Below, piece after piece: positions 1-12,900 of a DNA stretch of 64,000 nucleotides (positions are counted from its first letter, which is position 1; each line of letters opens with the position of its first letter). Made by a program: the position numbers and the translations under genes. Under the pieces are notes generated by a model. The model was not told where the DNA came from, did not search any database, and worked only from the letters and a program-made list of their open reading frames with translations. The DNA is from Bugula neritina. Lineage: Eukaryota > Animalia > Bryozoa. The stretch covers positions 13,391,133-13,455,132 of the forward strand of contig OZ037771.1 of assembly GCA_964035545.1 (NCBI GenBank), written 5' to 3'.

Positions 1-8
1 ATAGCAAA

Positions 9-238
9 TAACTACAGTAGAAGTAACTACAGTAGAAGTAAGTACAGTAGAAGTAACTACAGTAGAAGTAATTACAGTAGAAGTAACTACAGTAGAAGTA
101 ATTACAGTAGAAGTAACTACAGTAGAAGTAATTACAGTAGAAGTAATTACAGTAGAAGTAAGTACAGTAGAAGTAAGTACAGTAGAAGTAATTACAGTAG
201 AAGTAAGTACAGTAGAAGTAAGTACAGTAGAAGTAAGT
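9..238. repeat. 15-bp minisatellite (AGTAGAAGTAA[C/G/T]TAC)n in an ANKH intron
   Basis: About 15 tandem copies read directly. Confidence 0.95.
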
Positions 239-274
239 AAAATAGTGAGTAACTATAACTCCTATGAGCCGTAC

Positions 275-760
275 TTGAGTTGGCAGCGAATATTCTAGTG
301 ACGTAAGCAGCGAGTCCATAACTGGCCAGTAGAGTCACCATTTCATCTGATGCTATGGAAGTTATGCCGATATTAATGGCCTACAATACACATGTCTGTA
401 TAAAGTATACGCAATACACACAACTACTTACTAAATACTAAATATAAACAAATACTTAGTAAATACTAATAAAAATTACTAAACAGTAACACAGATGACT
501 GAACTCTCCCTACTAAAATATTGAAAAACAAGTCACACCTGCTCGGCAGCGTCTGGAACCATCTGAGTGATAACCAAAGGCAGCATAAATTTGGTCAGCA
601 TGATCAACTTCTCAGCTGTAGTCATCACCTTAGCACCTCCATCTGCTTTGATCTCTACATCCTGTTCAGCAACGACCTCTCCATCTGCAGGTCTGATTGT
701 GTCATCTCGGGCAGAGGCACCGTCTAGCAGACTTAGTTCTGTTGCATCATCCTTATCCAT
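275..760 (-). CDS. ANKH: Progressive ankylosis protein homolog (ANKH, membrane ATP/PPi/citrate exporter family), first two coding exons; gene continues left of the window
   Basis: Exon 760(ATG; acceptor at 811)-539 and exon 380-275 have canonical AG/GT boundaries and join in phase 0. The joined peptide KLIMLTKFMLPLVITQMVPDAAEQ|AINIGITSIASDEMVTLLASYGLAAYVTRIF matches the ANKH N-terminus as I recall it ([53 protein letters not shown]). Confidence 0.85.
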
Positions 761-3700
761 TCTTAACTGCTGCCTGGTTAGCGGCAGCGTGTGTTGAGGT
801 GAGCGGCAGAACTATTTTTAAACAAAAAACACTATTTCATGAATAAATGAAGTATGGGAAGGTGCAGCGATGGAGAAATTATAAAAGCCTGTGTTCTAGA
901 TTGGAAATGTTGCAAAAAATTATGTTCTCGTGAGAATTTCAACTAAAATTTATCAAGAAAATTAAAGGAATTGGGCTGTCAAAATTTTTCCAACATTGCA
1001 CATAAATAGTGCCAACAGCCCACTAATATCACACACTAGATGAGTGACATCTACTACAGTTAGAACACCATTCAACCTTTCATCAGTTGTCCTAGATTTC
1101 AACCTTATGGTGGTCACTTTATCTTGTGAGTAAAAACTCTTATATAACTTATATTTTATCAATATAATGTTCAGTTGAAGTAATTTTCAACACGTTCTAT
1201 AAAGCATTGGAAGACATTTTTAATGGGTAAATAATAAAAACTTTCATTAGCAGTCATATAATGCTAGTAAATTTTTGTCTTCAGTAACATAAAAAACTCA
1301 GATAAAGATGTGCATAAACCAATCTATATCTAATCAGACCAACATTGTGTGGGTACCAGCAAACAACAGAAACCTGATGGAAAGCTCACTAGATAATAGA
1401 GGATAAAAATGATGGAAAAGTGAACTATAGGGTAAAAATAACGTCATGATTCATAAGGCTAGATATGCAGTAGGTTGAGGGTTAGATTCAAGATATCAGC
1501 AGTTGGAAAACTCATTCTCAAACTTTAGACATAAAGCTACACAGATAACCATTTACCCAACTGAAATTCCCTTGAGACAATGTTACAATACAGTGAACAA
1601 ATACGATCACTAAAATTTCAGTACAAACTATGCGCTAGTCTGAATATAAATGCATCTATAATAATAAAACCTACAAAAGCAAAAAATCAACAGCACACCA
1701 TTAGCAAAACTTCGGTTATACCATCTCGGCTAGCCAGTTTATACACAGCAGCCCAGTGCAAACAGACTGTATGTAATAGTCTATAATATTTTACACTCTA
1801 TAAACTTATATTAATCTGGCAGAACTTTTGATGCAAGCGAGCACAATTTATCAGACTATACTGAAAGAGCTGATGTATACTTTACTTAGAAGGTCAAAGA
1901 GTAAACATTCCGGTAAAATACATCAACAAATGCTGAGTGCATTTATGCTAGAAACTGGTACATGAGGTACATAGGTTGAAAACTTGACATTTGCAAAAAA
2001 TGAATGTTGTACAAAGGAGCGTAGAAACATGGCAGCATCGACAGGTGCTTGGTGTTTAAAATATATTATGATTCTACAGAAATGTCCACATAAGAAATAA
2101 GACATTCAAGAATAGTCATGTGACTGAAAACATTCAAGTAGCATTGAACTATCAGTTATGATACTGTGTAAATATGCAGCCAAAGTATAAAGTATGACTA
2201 AAAGCAGTTTTTCTTTTTAAGAAACATTTTCACAGCACAAATTCTTCTTTGCCCACTATTGATGCGCTCTATCAAACTAAAACCTAATTTTACATGCTCA
2301 TCATGTTTCATCATTTGCAATAAATAATTAGCAAGTGTAAATTACCAAAGCACTAAGTCTGATACTTGGAAAAAACAAAAAGAAAAAATTATTAAAATAT
2401 TTAAATAAATTTTTCTTTCATGAAATGCTTCTAATTTTAGCATTCTATTGTTATAGCCTAAGGCTCTAAAGAAATATTTTCAAATTACCAACTCAGTTTA
2501 TAAATACGTCGGCAAACAAAATTGTATTGGCTTGATAAATTCAAAAAAACCTACAATAATTCCCACACACCGGGAGACAACTTTACTTCTACACTTCATA
2601 CAGTAGGTATGCATATCACTGGGAATATCACTGTGACTATTGATAAGTAAGTAAGTGATGACTAATTTCAGTTAGTTGCTTTTCATTCATGAACAAATTT
2701 GTTACTGTCTTCTAAATATTTCAGCCCATAAAAAATTCAAGTTTTGTTACAAATATTATAACTGTGTATAGAAATCAACGGCAAAAATAACAGGAAGCTA
2801 TATGCAAAGCCATTTAACCAAGCGAATTATACCTTCCTTTGATAACAAATTAGAACAAGAAACGCTACAGACTAGAACGGTTTTTGCACAAAGTTAATAT
2901 CATTTAATGTTGAATTATTTGTTATTTTATGAATTTTCATACCTTATCTCTAGTCTTTTATTATTTGTTTAATTGTCCCATATTTCTTGGAATTTTTTTC
3001 AACTTAAATCATGTGGCAATGTTTTAGCGTGCAAAGCAGAAGGCTGCTCTGACCAAACGGGAGGTGTCTACTTGGTTCTATATAATCTTGTTTCTTGTTC
3101 TAAATCATTTCAAATAGAATACTTTCTTATGTAGCAACCAACATACAACATGCTACAGATAGTATACCAACAGGTGATGCCCAACTTATAAGCTAATAGA
3201 AAGTCATTTGGCTGAAATGGAAAGCCCAACTTTTCCAACAACCTGCCAAAGACTAATAAATTCCAATACTCATTTATAAACTTATTCAAACACTGGCTGA
3301 CTGCCTAAACACTAGAAGTGAGCACATATATTTATATCACTGACCCATAAGAATGGGGATACTGAATCTTCATCTTGTATGATTTTCAGGCCTATAAGAG
3401 GCAAAATTTCAATGAAAAATATTTAATTATTCAAGAGATTATCACTCAAAGTTATTCATAATCAGCAAACTTGATAATATTAATTGATGATCAAAACTAG
3501 GCTACTGATGAAACTCAATCAGCAACTCCAACTGATACACTTTCACTGTGAGTGGTACTGCTAATAAAGATGATGATTAATGATATTGATAATTATTATT
3601 GATTATGATAATCATAATCATAATGATAATCATCTCATCTCATCTAATTAATCTCACTCGGAGCGCTTTGGCTCCTTTATCGTAATGATAATCATAGTGA

Positions 3701-3985
3701 TAATCCTAATTACCAACCACTGTCTTTGTGATAGTGCTTCAATTGTCAATCATAATTTGAATCTAATTCTATGACAATCAATATCAATATGATATTGAAT
3801 ATCATATGATAAATATTATCATTATGATAATGATTATCATAGATTCATATTGAGACACTCATACTGATACTTATGGTTATACTAATAGTCAAACTCAATC
3901 CAATGTCATACAGTCATAGTGATACCCCTGTGACTGTGAGTATAACTATAACTATAACTCTAAGTCTATAACTATAAGTATACCA

Positions 3986-4087
3986 AGTGCTAGTAGTAGA
4001 CATGATACTGCTAGTACTAGACCTAGTACTACTACTAGTAGTAGTACTAGGTCTAGTACTAGCAGTATCATGTCTACTACTAGCACT
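3986..4087. repeat. Perfect 102-bp palindrome with no spacer, inside an (ACT/AGT)n low-complexity tract (~3990-4370)
   Basis: Left arm 3986-4036 AGTGCTAGTAGTAGACATGATACTGCTAGTACTAGACCTAGTACTACTACT is the exact reverse complement of 4037-4087. Confidence 0.95.
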
Positions 4088-4639
4088 ACTACTACTAGTA
4101 GTAGTACTACTACTACTAGTAGTAGTACTACTACTACTAGTAGTAGTACTACTACTAGTAGTACAATAGTACTAGTAGTACTACTACTACTAGTAGTAGT
4201 AGTATTAGTACTACTAGCACTACCAGTACAGTAGTAGTACTACTAGTAGTAATTCAAGCTGTAAGTAGTACAACTACAAGTACTAGTAGTACTAGCACTA
4301 CTATACAGTGTAGGCCTACTACTAGTACCTGCACTACTGCTACTAGTACTAGTACTAGTAGACAGTAGACGTAGTGGTTGAACTTGAAGTTGATGTTTAG
4401 CATGGAGTAACTCAAACTGTGTGCCTTATAATTTATTTAAAATGATTAACACCAACAGTAAAATACAGAGCAGATCTGAACTAGAAACGGTAAAGAAAAT
4501 GTCATGCTATTTGATGTTAATTAAAATTATTTAAATTATGAGATTAAGTCATTACCAAAGTGAATGTCAGTGGTAGTAATTTATTAAATGATAGTAAAAT
4601 TTAAAATCAGCACGATGAGCAAACTTTAGACTTAGTAAC

Positions 4640-4975
4640 CTTACTAAAATGCGAGCGATCTTTCCATTCAGTTATACGAAATTTATTATTAATTTTTTGA
4701 TTAGACAATCTAGAAAAAGTCTAAGGCAAAAGGTCAATTTGGTTCATCCTTACGTTTGATTGGATATTGGAAACTTGGGCTTGGAGAGTGAAAAGGCACG
4801 CACGCCTTCTATTGGACTTACAGTTTTCTCTGGTAATTTCCCCTGAATTTTACGACATAAAAAAGTTTACTAGAAAGGAATAAAATAGTGTACGTTGATT
4901 TTGATTTGAGTTACACAGTGCGAATGTAACTTACACTATTGAGATTACGTCACGCAGTTTTGTTTACGTTTATTA
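4640..4975. promoter_or_regulatory. Putative bidirectional promoter core between ANKH and NXT1
   Basis: Local CpG enrichment in CpG-poor DNA; inverted CCAAT boxes (ATTGG at 4759, 4766, 4811); CRE/bZIP-like TTACGTCA at 4945-4952; lies between two divergent genes. Function is inferred. Confidence 0.5.
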
Positions 4976-5810
4976 CTAACATATTTATATTGGCACTCAG
5001 TTCGATGACTCATACTCATAGTCATACTGATACTGATAGTGATACTCATAAGTCATAGTAGTAGTAGTACTAGTACAGTACTAGTAGTACTGCTAGTGCT
5101 AGTACAGGTACTACTACTCTACACTTCTCATGTCTACTGTCTACTAGTAGACTGAAGTATTCACTCACACTGACTCTGACTCAAACTATCTGACACTCTT
5201 AGTCTTACTCTTAGTCTTAGAATTAGTTTTACTTTTAGTTTTACCGTTAAACTTAATCACTACTTAATGTTATACCACCTTCATCTTCACCTTGGGCTTG
5301 GTTCAATTGGCAATTAATCCAATTATATTTATTAATATTGGCCATTAGACTAAAACTTGTGGTTAGTGAATTGGTTTTACATTTAAAGTGAATTGTGATT
5401 ATCATTATCAATATTATGATTTATGAGTGTAAGTCAAAGTGTAAATATTAGTATTACTATTAGTATTATTATCTGTTTCACCATGTCTATTACTATTAGG
5501 CTTACTCTTGGTAAATATAATACTAATACTACTTAGAGTCTAACTTAGAGTTACTGTAGGTAGTGCAAACGCGAAAAGGAGTTGCTGTCACAAGTCTTAG
5601 CTTGCCACATTAACATTAAAGTTTAAACTTAAAGTTACTGTTAATGATTCTGTGTTAATGTTTAATATCATTATGATTATCACTATGAACAAGCAGTTTA
5701 TAATCAAATTATCAATGTAGTTTGAGTTACACTAATAAAGTTAGCTGAATTTAGTCAATCACTTTGGTGACCTTTAAACAACTACTGTTATTCATTATAA
5801 TTACCATTAA

Positions 5811-8800
5811 TAGAGGGGTTTCAAACATCCCTCTAGGGGAATTTGTATTTTAAAGTTGTCTCCCCCTACAGGGATTGGGGGCAGTCTCGATGATATATAG
5901 AAGGCCCATAAAATAAGTAGAAATGTAAGGTTTGAGTGAAGACTACTACTAGTATAAGTTTCATTTTTTCTGAGATTAATATTTTGGCATAAGTACACAT
6001 ATGAGCAGTTTCAGGATTTTTTTAAAAAATTTTGTTAATGATAAATGGCACAAAAACAAAACTTCAAAGCATATTTGTGGTTTTGGTTAGTGAGCAAATC
6101 TGAAGCTGGCAGCTGTCATTATTATTTGCTTTGCCGACTGTAACCAGTCTGTTTAGAGCTGCTAACCTTTCAACTCTTAGGACAATAATAACATGCTCGT
6201 ACACAGTATAGCTGCACTAGTGGGCTCTGTCTTACTGAACTCCAAATGCTCCAAATTATGGGTTGGAACACATGCCTGTACGTTTATGAAGGCACTGGCT
6301 CATTTGTATTAACATGTTCACATACTTACACACCTATACTATGAAAATAACTAAGCCACCCTACTATCTAATATTTCTATATATCAAAAAAATTATTATA
6401 AATATAAAGATATGTATTAAAATAGATAGATTAAATTTGTAATTTCAAACAACATCTTATCTAAAAATGCCAAACACTGTGTAACTATATATGTTTTAAA
6501 AGCATTTGTTTACATGGCATGCATGCAAGTCAATGAAAATATTTAGAGAACAGTAAAAAGAACCATATAAATTTCAGAATAGTTTCTTTTTTTCTGAGAT
6601 GAATATTTTGGAAATGTCCCACAATTCAACGTTTAAATAAAGTCTGTAAAAGAATTTTTCACAGTGTATTTTCAATGAAGAATTATTTTTGCAAGCTGGT
6701 TTGCATTTGTTCTGGCATGCCATTTTACAGTGGTCTAGTTAACTAGGTCAAAGTTCATTGAGGTGGACATGTTTTATTAACCTCCGTGTGTTGATAAAAT
6801 ACTATCATTGGATTTAGAGCTTCTCTAAGCAACTTCACAGTCTGATTAAATATCTGCGATACCTGCCTAGTAGACAATCCAAACTTAAAAAATTAATATA
6901 CTAAATCCTTGTATTACATGTATGGATGAAAAATAATGCAACAAATTGGCTAAAGCATGTTCAAGTAATGTGAAAAACTCGAAATATAAATGAGTCAAAC
7001 TAGAGCTAGTCAAGTGTGTGGTGTTTTTGGCCGATTTATATGTGTTGTTTAATCAGCTTATTATGTAGGGATGTAATCCTATATAATGTAATTTAAGTTA
7101 GACAGCTAAAGTTGGACAGTTCTCATCGGGCACTTTCTTGAACAAGCAGTTATGTAATATAAAGAGACAGCTACTCAACAGAGAGCTTCAAGCAAGCAAA
7201 ATTCTTGCAACAAGGTTGATGGAATACAAAACAGCTGCTGTTATTCTTATAACAGCATGCATTGTATAAGAGATAGCCTGATGGTTTACATAGTTTACAT
7301 ACAGTGACATACTACTGAAAATTATTAGAAACCACAGAAAAGATATAAAGGAGAGAATGCTGGCACAAAGGAAGTATAGCAATGTGGTCAAATATATGGC
7401 TGAAAACTGACCTAGAGATAAATAAGTACAAAATGTACATAATATAGCTAAATCAGCAAAGCCAAATGATTTGATATAAAAAGTATTATCTGGGAATTTA
7501 GTAAAACTTTGTAGCATTATTTAAAACTCCACCTTTGAGCAAGACCCGTATGGAGTAAAGCCAATCTTAATTTCATTAGTGTCATAAGAATGCAGTCATT
7601 ATGACATAGTTCGTTCTTTCTATACTTTACAGCTGGTACTAAATGTACATTTTAACTCTTTTTTGGAAACAAGCCAAGTTGCTTTGGCTGAAAAGTGCTT
7701 TTTTTGATGATTTTTTTTCTGCAATGCAGCAGTATATAATTTACAATGCTCCAAAAACATTTCTGTAAATTAGGAATGTTGGTATACAAACAGCTTGCAA
7801 GAATAATTCTTCATTGAAAATACACTGTGAATTTTTTTTACAGATTTAATTTAAACGTTGAATTGTGGGACCTTTCCAAAATATTCATCTCAGAAAAGAA
7901 GAAACTATTCTAAAATTTATATGCTTCTTTTTACTGTTCTCTAAATATTTTCATTGACTTGCATGCATGCCATGTAAACAAATGCTTTTAAAACATATAT
8001 ATAGTTATACAGTGTTTGACATTTTTAGATAAGATGTTGTTTGAAATTACAAATTTAATCTATCTATTTTAATACATATCTTTATATTTATAATAATTTT
8101 TTTGATATATAGAAATATTAGATAGTAGGGTGGCTTAGTTATTTTCATAGTATAGGTGTGTAAGTACGTGAACATGTTAATACAAATGAGCCAGTGCCTT
8201 CATAAACGTACAGGCATGTGTTCCAACCCATAATTTGGAGCATTTGGAGTTCAGTAAGACAGAGCCCACTAGTGCAGCTATACTGTGTACGAGCATGTTA
8301 TTATTGTCCTAAGAGTTGAAAGGTTAGCAGCTCTAAACAGACTGGTTACAGTCGGCAAAGCAAATAATAATCACGGGCTTTCCATGTACCGATCTCAGAT
8401 CGATCTCGCTGAGATCGATCTGAGAAATGTGCTCAGATCGATCGTTTTTCCATGAGAGTGTCAGATCGATCTCGCGAAGTTGCCTCCTCTTAAGTGAAGG
8501 ATACTTTAAAAGTATAATTTGTTCACCTATTTGAGTGATTAAAGCTACTACTGTTGAAAACAAGATGGTCGTAGTCTAAAATTTAATCCCAGCTATAAAC
8601 TATACGCAGCAAAGCTTTCAGTGTATGATAATTTGGCCAATTTAAAATAATTGATTTTGATTTTTTAGCTTGACAGCTTATATAAAATTAATGGCTGTCT
8701 TGCAGATTATTAATAAACTTACAGGACTGTTAGGCTTAAAATTACAAAGAAAATAGCTAATGAAACTAAGTTTTAATAGTCATTAAAATTCAATTTAAAT

Positions 8801-9448
8801 TCTCCCATTTTTTTCAACCTTCTACTGCATATAATTGAGTTTTCTTAATCATTGTACTGAAAGTCAAAGTTTTGGCATCTAAAAAGGTGGCTATCATAAT
8901 TATTTAATACTTTGCTTAGTAATTATCAATAAGTTATCATTTTTATTAGCAGACAGCATTGTAGCGCGCAGTCTTTTTCTACTTCTCAGATCGATCTGGC
9001 GTCTTTCCATGGTCTTATTGACATGAGATCGATCTGAGTTCGAGCTCCACAGACCGACCAGCTCAGATCGACTGAGATCGATCTTTAACGTCTTTCCATG
9101 GATCGATCTCGCTGAGATCGGTCCATGGAAAGCCGGTGAATGACGGCTGCCAGCTTCAGATTTGCTCACTAACCAAAACCACAAATATGCTTTGAAGTTT
9201 TGTTTTTGTGCCATTTATCATTAACAAAATTTTTAAAAAAAATTCTGAAACTGCTCATATGTGTACTTATGCCAAAATATTAATCTCAGAAAAAATGAAA
9301 CTTATACTAGTAGTAGTCTTCACTCAAACCTTACATTTCTACTTATTTTATGGGCCTTCTATATATCATCGAGACTGCCCCCAATCCCTGTAGGGGGAGA
9401 CAACTTTAAAATACAAATCCCCCTAGAGAGATGTCTGAAAACCCTCTA
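5811..9448. mobile_element. Non-autonomous foldback DNA transposon with ~890-bp terminal inverted repeats
   Basis: Left arm ~5811-6703 is the near-identical reverse complement of ~7787-9448 once the nested insertion is removed. Termini TAGAGGG...CCCTCTA, flanks TTAA/TTAC, ~1.1-kb non-coding spacer. The duplicated short ORFs at 5807-5998 and 9261-9485 come from the two arms. Confidence 0.9.
8372..9138. mobile_element. 767-bp MITE nested in the right arm of the foldback element; 3-bp TSD AAT
   Basis: 27-bp TIRs CACGGGCTTTCCATGTACCGATCTCAG / CACCGGCTTTCCATGGACCGATCTCAG (2 mismatches). AAT duplicated at 8369-8371 and 9139-9141, confirmed against the empty site in the left arm (~6115-6125). Many subterminal AGATCGATCT and TTTCCATG motifs. 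Confidence 0.92.
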
Positions 9449-9937
9449 TTACTATAACATTAACTTGCAAACTGAGCCAAACTGACTCAAGTTGAGTCAT
9501 TAAATTTAATTTGCTGAGTTCAACATAAAAAGGGATTAAAAAAGTTTATTTGAACCATAGTGTTTGTCAAGCCATGATCCTTGACATAGTTTGAAATTAT
9601 TGGGTGTCCTAGCCGTTGACTCCTGTCCAGTATTAGCTATGTTTAATATTTGTTAGCCTTGCCTTCTGCTGACAGTTATCATCCTATATTTGTAGTTTTA
9701 TTCCAAAAAAATATTAGTATATTTTGGAGTAATTCTTTTAAATTTTAATTACCTCTAATCATTGCAATTAGGTCATGTGTGTGGTTTACCATTGTCAATG
9801 AAGAAATTATTTTCATCTTAATCATATAAATATATAAAATTCATGTTTGACATTGTAGATTGAGAAAACTGTAACATTGCTATCGGACTGTCATTCAAAT
9901 TACCCTGTTGAATTGTTGAAACATCTTATATTTAAAT

Positions 9938-12900
9938 ATGACTGCACTGTTATTTTCTGAGGTATGTATACGAGAATTCTCACAAGTTTATCATAAGTCA
10001 TCTTGCATAGATGTAACTCTAACACATATTTATTTTGTAACATGTCATTGCCATCTGAATATTGATCTGTTGGTTGAATATATTCAATTCATGTACTATT
10101 TCCTAACAGTACTGACAAATTTACAGACCATTGGAGAGTGGAATTGTAAAGAGGCCGTTTTTTAGCCTGTTATAAACCCTTGATTAATATAATAAGATGT
10201 ACCACTTAAAACATTGACATAAATATGTAATAACTATTATTTAGTATAATATTAGGACGTGGGCATATATATACACACACATGAAATAAAATAAGTTTCA
10301 AGATATTTTAATGTAGCTCATTAGGTTATTTACAGTAAAAACATGTGTAATATATGTGACCAGTCGCGACAAAACCGGGGATGTGGCGGCGTTTATAAAG
10401 TGTAGTAAATGAAGGTTTAATTTGGAAATACTTAGATTTGAAATTAATTTCCAATTTTTAGATTTTAGAATTTTCTAATACAAAAACATCCAAGGATTTC
10501 AAAAATCATACTTTCGTGAGCATTTGATGATTCCTTCAGCTCTAAAATTGCATTTAAAGTTGGTAACTAAGGCTTTCAATTTTTTAAATGATGAAAAAAT
10601 TGCGAAGTTATCAATTAAAGAAAGAAGACAATTTTAGTCATTTCTATAGCGTGAGATCTTGCAAATTTATTTTTTATCAAATAAATGTAGCTTACGCCTC
10701 TCTCTTTGTATTTTCAGAAGCATCATATTTAAAATTCAAGGCTAGTTTTAGTTTTTCATCGTGTTCCATCCAAAGTTAGCTTTTAAGTTACTGAGCTGTT
10801 TTGCCCTTTGGTGATAAATGCTGAACTTAATCTTTATCTTTAGCGTTCAAGCTTGAAAACCACAACAATACAGGTAATTATACTCAAAACAATCATTTAC
10901 GCTACTAACTTAGAATTTTGCCAAGATTATTTGTAATTATCAATTTAATAATATTTATACTATCACTATGAGTATGATACTGATAGTGACTATGACTAGG
11001 AGTAGGAGTATGTCTTAGTCTATTCTATTGACTGATGACTATTCTATACTACTACTACTACTACTAGTAACTATTTAAATGACTCTCACTATGACTCCCA
11101 GTTTGAGGTACGGTTACTCATAATGATAATCATAGTGAATGTTATTCATGATCTACTGATACTGGTATTTGGTAGTAAAACCAAATGTAGCTCATTAATG
11201 ATTAATATTAATACTAATAGTAATAGTAATAGTATAACTATAAGTATAAGTAATTAATAATTATAAATTCACTATTACTATTAGTATTACTGTATTACTA
11301 TTAGATTACTATTACTAATACTAATAGTATTTGAGTCTGACTCTGAGTTTCGCCTTTGCTCTTAAAACTTGATACTCATACTGATAGTATTATATTTATT
11401 GATTCATTCTATAGGTAATATTTCAATTTACATTAGACTTACTCTTAGTCTTAGTAACTTTTAGCCTCTGTCTTAGATTTTTTCAACACAGTAACTGATT
11501 ACTATTACTATTAGTATTAACATTAGGCCTACTAGTACTAGTCAAACTACCAGTTCCTTTTGTGATTTTTAAATTAGCTCAAAGTTTGATTTAAAATATA
11601 ATGATAAAATCTTTATCACATTATGCAGGCTTACAGGTAGTGTTACTGTCAAAACTCAATTGATAATCATATTTATATTGATGAAAGCATCACCTATAAC
11701 CAAATTGAAATGATAAATGTGACTAAATATGTAAATGAGTATAATGATGAAATATTAATGCGAGTTCGTGATGATTCTATAGTTGACTGACTTAGTTTTT
11801 CAGTAAGTTACTTTTAGTTTTATTTAGTGAGTAGTAACACTAATTGAATGCATAAATAGTCTAAACTTTTTAATTTTATTATAAGATGAGCAAAAATTTA
11901 TTCATATTTTAAAGTAATTTATTGAATTCAAATTGATTTTATAGTAAAAGTCTTTAATAGATTCAGTTGCACTTAGCTAGCTTTTTTACTCAATTAAATG
12001 CCTATCTAAAGACATTGCTTCAAAATTGCCAATTGCATATATGCTAGATATTCAAGTGCATAATGTGTAATTTTACTGATAATACTATGTTAATATAGAA
12101 TAATCCGATATTCTGTACATTTTAGAAAGTGAACTTGTGAGGGCATTAGAGCGAAGACTTATACCTGCACAACTCTACTACCTATCAATCTAATACTTCT
12201 AATGTAGACACTCCGAATTTTGGCTTGCAAGGTTATGGCTTCTGCTTATTTCATTCATAAAAAGGTTTGCAGTCTTTTAATGATGTGCTTGAAAATTATC
12301 AAGAATTTTTTTAATTCAAATTGTTCTGTTGAATTCAATAAATTTAAACGTTAATTAAATGCAGGATCACAATTAACTGCTGCCATAATAGTACCACAAA
12401 AGTGTTTAGCCAACTAAATTTTTATAATATAACTGGGTATAATTTCTAATCAAGCAACCGTTTCCTTTTGCTATTTAAAAGAAGTCAAAATTGTACTTTC
12501 AGCTCTGGAATAGACAATAAGTGGGTAGATTGGCAGGATGGATGTCAAGTAGCAGCATCTATAATTGCTAGAAAATCAGCTGATGATAGTGATGAAGCTT
12601 TTGCCACACACATGATGTTATGTGTCCATACTCCGTAAACTTATATTATGAAGACCAAGGAAGTAGAAAGATGATGAGTGCCTTCTTTGCAAAAGCCGTA
12701 GAAGCTACCTAATTTTCTTTTCTTGATAAGAGTTAATTCAAACATAATGGTTGTATCCAGGCTAGAGTTTTTACTGCATTTTATTGGTTTTTTAAAATAA
12801 TGTATCTAATGTTTTAAATGTGAAAATTAATGCCTAATAAAACTCAAAAGTTCTAATAGCTGATTTTATGTTTATATTTTCAACATCTCAGCCAAATCAA

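Noticed and set aside
5807-5998. Near-identical short ORFs at 5807-5998 (-) and 9261-9485 (+) suggesting a duplicated small gene
   Set aside because: Both lie in the inverted arms of the foldback element and show no recognisable protein motif.
12120-12720. Transposase or pseudogene call for GC-richer fragments inside the TIR element
   Set aside because: Only short stop-interrupted frames and no DDE or other motif I can recognise.
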